Assembly: GCA_038233745.1 (NCBI GenBank)
Contig: JBBSVF010000001.1
Span: 1 to 43,000 of the forward strand
Reading direction: 5' to 3'
DNA length: 43,000 bases
Origin: Gemmatimonadales bacterium
GTDB taxonomy: Bacteria > Gemmatimonadota > Gemmatimonadetes > Gemmatimonadales > Gemmatimonadaceae
The notes below the pieces were generated by a model, which had not been told where the DNA came from, ran no database searches, and saw nothing but the letters and a program-made list of their open reading frames with translations. Positions 35,004 to 43,000 of this stretch are shown here, in pieces (the stretch's first letter is position 1; each line of letters begins with the position of its first letter). A program made the translations under genes and the position numbers.

Positions 35004-37388
35004 ATGCGTCGGGATCTCTCGGGCATCGCCCTCTTTCTCTTCGCCGTCTTTCTCGGCGGCGCGCTCGGCGCCCTCGCGCTGGCTGAGCTCCGCACCGGCG
35101 TTGACGTGCGCTCCAACGTGGGCTGGGTGGGATGGTGGCTCGCGCGCCCCATAGTGGCGTTCGTGGGATGGCCAGCGGCAGCGCTCGTTCCATTCATTCC
35201 AGGCGTTCATGCGTTGCGCCTCTACGGTCGCCTGGAGTCGACCACCGATCGCTCATGGATGATCTTCCTGGGTGGTGTGGTCTGTCTGCTGCCGATCGCG
35301 GTGGGGCTCGTGGTTGCTCCACCCGCCGTGGGAGAGCTGTCGCAGGCGGCTGGCGTGCTTGGAGCCTTTGTGGCCTACTACTGGCGCGAGTGGTTCGGCG
35401 GGTTCGGCGCGTGGATCGTGGTGCTGCTCTGCGCCAGCGTGCTCACGGCGCTTACGCTGCGATGGAACCCCATCCAGATGATGGTGGGGCGGAACGGGGG
35501 CGGGGATGTGCACACCGATCCGGTGGCGCTGGTGGCCACCGAGGAGTACGCGCCACCGAAGGGCCGTCGCCGAAAGGCCAGCGCTGCCGATCTGGCGCTC
35601 GCGCTCGAGCCGCCACCGGAGGAATTCGCGTCGATCACGGATCCGGTGGCGGCGGTGCAGGCGGCCGGCTCGCCGAGTGCCGATGCCAAGGAGGACGCGG
35701 CTGCCGCGGAGTTCGCGAAACGGCGCCGCGCGAAGAAGGGAGACGGCGCCTCAGCACCGGTTGCCCGTGATGAGCAGATCGCCGCGGCGATCGATGCCAC
35801 GGAGACGCCGGAAGCCACATCGGATGAGCTGCCGCCGGTGGATCTGCTCAACCCGCCAGCCCACCGCAACGTGGAGCAGGGCCGACGCGAGCTGGATGCG
35901 ATGGGCGCCAAGCTCATGGACGCGCTGCGCACCTTCAAGGTGGACGGGGAGCTCGTGGGGCGCACCACGGGTCCCGTCGTCACGCAGTACGAAGTGGAGC
36001 CCGCACCGGGTGTGAAGGTGCGGCAGATCGCGAATCTCTCCAACGATCTGGCGCTGGCCATGCGAGCGGCGTCCATTCGGATTGTTGCCCCGATCCCGGG
36101 CCGTGGCGCGGTGGGTGTGGAGGTCCCCAATCCCACCCCGGAGATGGTGGGTTTCCGCGAACTCGTGGATACGCAGGACTTCCGCAGCGCACGCGCCGCG
36201 CTGCCGATCGTGCTCGGCAAGGATCTCGAGGGCAAACCCGTGATCGCCGACCTGGCCAAGATGCCGCATCTGCTGATCGCCGGTGCCACCGGCTCAGGGA
36301 AGTCGGTGTGCGTGAACACCATCATCACGAGCCTCGTGTACCGGCATACGCCAAAGACGCTGCGCTTCCTGATGGTGGATCCCAAGATGGTGGAGCTGAG
36401 CGTGTACAACACGCTTCCGCATCTGCGGCACAAGGTGATCACCGACAATCGCGACGCCGCGGCGGTGCTCAAGTGGGCGGTGATGGAGATGCAGGAGCGC
36501 TACGAGCTGCTCGCAGCGAACGGCTGCCGCAACCTGCAGGACTTCAATCAGCGGGCGCAGAAGGAGATGCCGCTGAAGAAGCCGCGTGACAAGAGCGTCG
36601 CGTTCGAGGATCTGGTCTACAAGGGCGGAATCCTGCCGTACATCGTCGTGGTGATCGACGAGATGGCCGATCTCATGATGACGGTGCAGGGCGAGGTTGA
36701 GACGCCCATCGCAATGCTGGCCCAGAAGGCGCGCGCCATCGGCATCCATCTCATTCTCGCGACGCAGCGGCCGAGCGTGAATGTCATCACCGGGTTGATC
36801 AAGGCCAACTTTCCGTCGCGCATTGCGTTTCGCGTCGCCAGCCAGGTAGACAGCCGCACGATTATCGATGGTGCGGGCGCCGAGATGCTGCTGGGGAATG
36901 GTGACATGTTGTTCATTCCGCCGGGGAAGAGCGAGCCAAGCCGGTTGCAGGGAGCGTATCTGTCGAGCGAGGAGACGGAGAAGCTCATGCAGTGGTACGA
37001 GGCGCAGCGAGACCGGCGTCGCGCCGCGCTGGTGGAGGCGGGGATGCCGCTGGAGGCAGAGATGACGCCGGACGAGCCGGACATTCTCGAGACGATGCGC
37101 ACGCGGGAAGCGGAGGCGCGTGCTGCGCTCGATGGCGATGACGCGGCCACGGATGGGGATTCGGCGCGCGATGTGTTGTTTCGCGAGGCGGCGGAGTTGT
37201 GCATCCAGAATCAGAGCGGCTCCACCTCGCTGTTGCAGCGGCGCTTGGGCATCGGGTACGGTCGCGCGGCGCGGGTGATCGACCAGCTGGCGGACGCCGG
37301 GATACTCGAGGCGAAGAGCGGGCCCAAGGGGCGCGAGGTGCTGGCGACGCTGCTGGATCTGGATCGCATCTGCGGAGAGCGGGAGTAG
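35004..37388 (+). CDS. ftsK: DNA translocase FtsK/SpoIIIE
   Basis: It has N-terminal TM segments, an Ala/Pro/Glu-rich linker, Walker A 'LLIAGATGSGKSV', Walker B 'VVVIDEMADLMM' and a gamma winged helix 'LLQRRLGIGYGRAARVIDQL'. The start was chosen at the ATG at 35004. Confidence 0.93.
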   Translation: MRRDLSGIALFLFAVFLGGALGALALAELRTGVDVRSNVGWVGWWLARPIVAFVGWPAAALVPFIPGVHALRLYGRLESTTDRSWMIFLGGVVCLLPIAVGLVVAPPAVGELSQAAGVLGAFVAYYWREWFGGFGAWIVVLLCASVLTALTLRWNPIQMMVGRNGGGDVHTDPVALVATEEYAPPKGRRRKASAADLALALEPPPEEFASITDPVAAVQAAGSPSADAKEDAAAAEFAKRRRAKKGDGASAPVARDEQIAAAIDATETPEATSDELPPVDLLNPPAHRNVEQGRRELDAMGAKLMDALRTFKVDGELVGRTTGPVVTQYEVEPAPGVKVRQIANLSNDLALAMRAASIRIVAPIPGRGAVGVEVPNPTPEMVGFRELVDTQDFRSARAALPIVLGKDLEGKPVIADLAKMPHLLIAGATGSGKSVCVNTIITSLVYRHTPKTLRFLMVDPKMVELSVYNTLPHLRHKVITDNRDAAAVLKWAVMEMQERYELLAANGCRNLQDFNQRAQKEMPLKKPRDKSVAFEDLVYKGGILPYIVVVIDEMADLMMTVQGEVETPIAMLAQKARAIGIHLILATQRPSVNVITGLIKANFPSRIAFRVASQVDSRTIIDGAGAEMLLGNGDMLFIPPGKSEPSRLQGAYLSSEETEKLMQWYEAQRDRRRAALVEAGMPLEAEMTPDEPDILETMRTREAEARAALDGDDAATDGDSARDVLFREAAELCIQNQSGSTSLLQRRLGIGYGRAARVIDQLADAGILEAKSGPKGREVLATLLDLDRICGERE

Positions 37389-37476
37389 GGCAGCTGGCCG
37401 TGCGTTGCGCTCGAATGTCACAGTCGGCGATGCAACGGTGCGGTCTCGCCCCTGAAGGCGCGGTAATCTCCCCTCC

Positions 37477-37851
37477 ATGTCAGCGGCCACGCAGATACTG
37501 GGAGAGTTGGGGGAGCGTGTGGCGGAGCGGTGGCTCCGGCGCCGGGGCTGGCGGCTGGTTCAGCGCCGATTCCGGAATGGCCACCGGGATATCGATCTCG
37601 TGGTGGAGCAGGGTGGTACCGTGGCGTTCGTGGAGGTGAAGGCGCGCCGGGGGCTGCGATTTGGGGATCCCGTGGAGGCTGTCAACTTCCGCAAACAACG
37701 GGAGCTGGGGAGGTCGGCCCGCATCTGGATCGATCGCCACGGACGCCCGAATGACCATTATCGCTTCGATGTCATCGGGGTGCTCGTGGAGGGCGATCGG
37801 GTGCGAGTCCGTCACATCGAAAACGCCTTCCACCTCCACCCTTCGGGTTGA
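37477..37851 (+). CDS. yraN: YraN-family (UPF0102) predicted endonuclease
   Basis: It carries '[14 protein letters not shown]' and '[20 protein letters not shown]' and is 124 aa long. Confidence 0.85.
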   Translation: MSAATQILGELGERVAERWLRRRGWRLVQRRFRNGHRDIDLVVEQGGTVAFVEVKARRGLRFGDPVEAVNFRKQRELGRSARIWIDRHGRPNDHYRFDVIGVLVEGDRVRVRHIENAFHLHPSG

Positions 37852-37887
37852 TTTCGGGTATCCGTCTTCGTACTTTATTCGGGTATC
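37848..37887 (+). promoter_or_regulatory. recA promoter/operator candidate: TTGATT-N17-TACTTT overlapped by TTCGGGTATC direct repeats
   Basis: TTGATT lies at 37848-37853 and TACTTT at 37871-37876. TTCGGGTATC lies at 37853-37862 and 37878-37887, with a partial copy TTCGGGT at 37842-37848. The region is AT-rich relative to its surroundings. Confidence 0.35.
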
Positions 37888-37961
37888 GGCGTCCACGCGT
37901 TTCCGGTACGCTTCAGTCCACGTGGCCAGAGGAATACACACACTCGAGAGGATGTACTGAA

Positions 37962-39011
<1,050 letters not shown>

Positions 39012-39146
39012 CGGACTCTGCTGTGAGCTCCTTCCCAACAAAGTCTCCGCTGGCACGCAAATGTGTGCCTGCCTGGCCCTTGCGCCACGTCGGCCGCGGG
39101 TGGAACCTGAGTATGTGGGCGTTGGTATGACGCCCGGAAGTTGAAG

Positions 39147-39223
39147 CCGAGGAGTTGCGTACCGGAATCGATGGGGCCCGGAATCCCCAGCGTGACGGCA
39201 CCTGCTCCTCGGTTTCGCTTTTT
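39147..39223 (+). terminator. Structured element in the recA-recX spacer: CCGAGGAG ... CTCCTCGG stem closing a nested GGGG/CCCC hairpin, followed by TTTCGCTTTTT
   Basis: The inverted repeats at 39147-39154 / 39205-39212 and 39173-39176 / 39185-39188 were read directly. The T-rich tract lies at 39213-39223. This is a candidate partial terminator or attenuator. Confidence 0.35.
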
Positions 39224-39235
39224 CCGGCTGACCCG

Positions 39236-39904
39236 ATGAGCGATCGCTCGGCGAAGGCGCTGCTGGTCATCACCGCGATCGTGCCCTCCAGTCGTCCTGT
39301 GGGCCGCTTTGCGATCATGGCAGGCGACGAGACCGTCGCCCTGCTCGATCTCGCCGCACTCGAGCGCCTGGGCCTCCATGTCGGCGCCAGCCTCGAAGGC
39401 CGTCTGGAGTTGCTCGCGGACGAGACACAAGCCCTGGCCACACGCGATCGTGCGCTGAACCTCATCGCCGTCCGGGCGCGCTCGGCTACCGAACTCTCCC
39501 GAACGCTGGTCCGAAAAGGCGAACTGCCAGCGCATGTCGCTCGCGCCATACAGCGACTCACCGACGAGGGCTACCTCGACGATGGGCAGTTCGCGTCGGC
39601 GTTCGCGCGATCGCGCATCGTGGGCAGTGGCCACTCTCGGCGCCGGGTGGCGGCCGACCTGTCGCGAAAGGGGGTGGCGCGCGACGTGGCGTCGGCTGCC
39701 ATCGCGCAGCTGATCGCGGAGGAGGAGTTCGATCAAGGGTCGCTCGTGGAAGCGGCGGCCCGGAAGAAGCTCCGCACGCTTTCGGGAGTCAATTCCGCGA
39801 CGCGTCGACGGCGCTTGTATGGATACCTTGCTCGACGAGGGTACGACACTGACGATATCAGGCGCGCCATGGATGCCGTCGAACGAGGCGCTGCCGAGGG
39901 CTGA
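39236..39904 (+). CDS. recX: RecA regulator RecX
   Basis: It has a three-helix-repeat pattern 'ALNLIAVRARSATELSRTLVRKG ... GYLDDGQFASAFARSR' and lies downstream of recA. The start was chosen at the ATG at 39236. Confidence 0.8.
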   Translation: MSDRSAKALLVITAIVPSSRPVGRFAIMAGDETVALLDLAALERLGLHVGASLEGRLELLADETQALATRDRALNLIAVRARSATELSRTLVRKGELPAHVARAIQRLTDEGYLDDGQFASAFARSRIVGSGHSRRRVAADLSRKGVARDVASAAIAQLIAEEEFDQGSLVEAAARKKLRTLSGVNSATRRRRLYGYLARRGYDTDDIRRAMDAVERGAAEG

Positions 39905-39958
39905 GCGACGCGCGGCCGGCCTCGCGGGCGTCCGTATGCGCGCCCTATATTTGTCGGG

Positions 39959-42738
<2,780 letters not shown>

Positions 42739-42742
<4 letters not shown>

Positions 42743-43000
42743 CCGTGGCGGAATGGGTGGCCTCGCGCGAGCCAGCGGCGCCGCCGGCGCTTGCTGCGCA
42801 CATGCGTCTTGCGCTCGGCGACAACGGCACTCGCCCTGCCGACGAAGCGACCGCCGCATGTCTGGCTGCGGGCGAGAGAATGGCCGCTGCACTGCAGCGC
42901 TCTGACGCCACGTCGCGTGCATCGGCACTCGATCTCCTCACCGCCGATGCGCTCGTGACGCTGGCCTTCGAGGCGGCGAGCGACACACCTGACCAGATCG
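42739..43000 (+). CDS. Hypothetical protein, N-terminal 87 codons (runs off the window)
   Basis: The ATG overlaps the alaS stop (ATGA). The frame is open to the window end and codon position 3 is G/C-rich. The product reads 'MTVAEWVASREPAAPPALAAHMRLALGDNG...', with no motif that I recognise. Confidence 0.5.

Noticed and set aside
37952-37960. A two-codon mini-ORF ATG TAC TGA immediately upstream of the recA ATG.
   Set aside because: The GAGAGGA Shine-Dalgarno sequence abuts this ATG with no usable spacing, and it is correctly spaced for the recA ATG at 37962. The mini-ORF is most likely fortuitous.

Overview
The window is a visibly GC-rich bacterial chromosomal segment with strong G/C preference at codon position 3. 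It comes from a diderm organism, since it encodes Tol-Pal, an LptD-like protein and a PpiD-like protein. The protein set reminds me of Gemmatimonadota or the FCB group, but I cannot verify this without a database search. I call about 40 protein genes. All but one are on the + strand, and they are packed very tightly, with many 1-, 4- or 8-nt start/stop overlaps. The content is core housekeeping, in this order: uvrB (3' part), tsaE-tsaB-rimI, ssb, a LysM protein, hemX-like/sirC-like/hemA, tolQ-tolR-TolA/TonB-like-tolB-pal-cpoB, tatC, lptD-like, hutH-hutU-[radical SAM]-hutI, a large TPR/acidic protein, a polyprenyl diphosphate synthase, a small membrane protein, tatA, ppiD-like (minus strand), a second TPR/acidic protein, aroQ-pepP-accB-[pilT-like]-accC, a ComB-family phosphatase, ftsK, yraN, recA, recX, alaS, and the start of an unknown ORF. 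I found no rRNA, tRNA, CRISPR array, transposase, integrase, prophage, or recognisable defence or toxin-antitoxin genes. I do not see a clear-cut novel multi-gene system. The best leads are: (1) a radical-SAM/SPASM-like enzyme translationally wedged between hutU and hutI; (2) a PilT-family ATPase splitting the normally adjacent accB-accC pair; (3) an in-frame TAA that cuts off the last, still intact TPR repeat of cpoB; (4) two similarly built TPR / acidic disordered / TPR proteins that share LLDF[DE]-type motifs, one of which carries a 5 x 21-nt tandem repeat; (5) an AT-rich, multi-palindrome leader upstream of ssb and repeat-containing regions around recA; (6) a codon-position GC switch at a G5 run near the hutI 3' end, which suggests an indel or frameshift. 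All functional links are hypotheses, because gene overlap is ubiquitous in this window and so is weak evidence for shared function.
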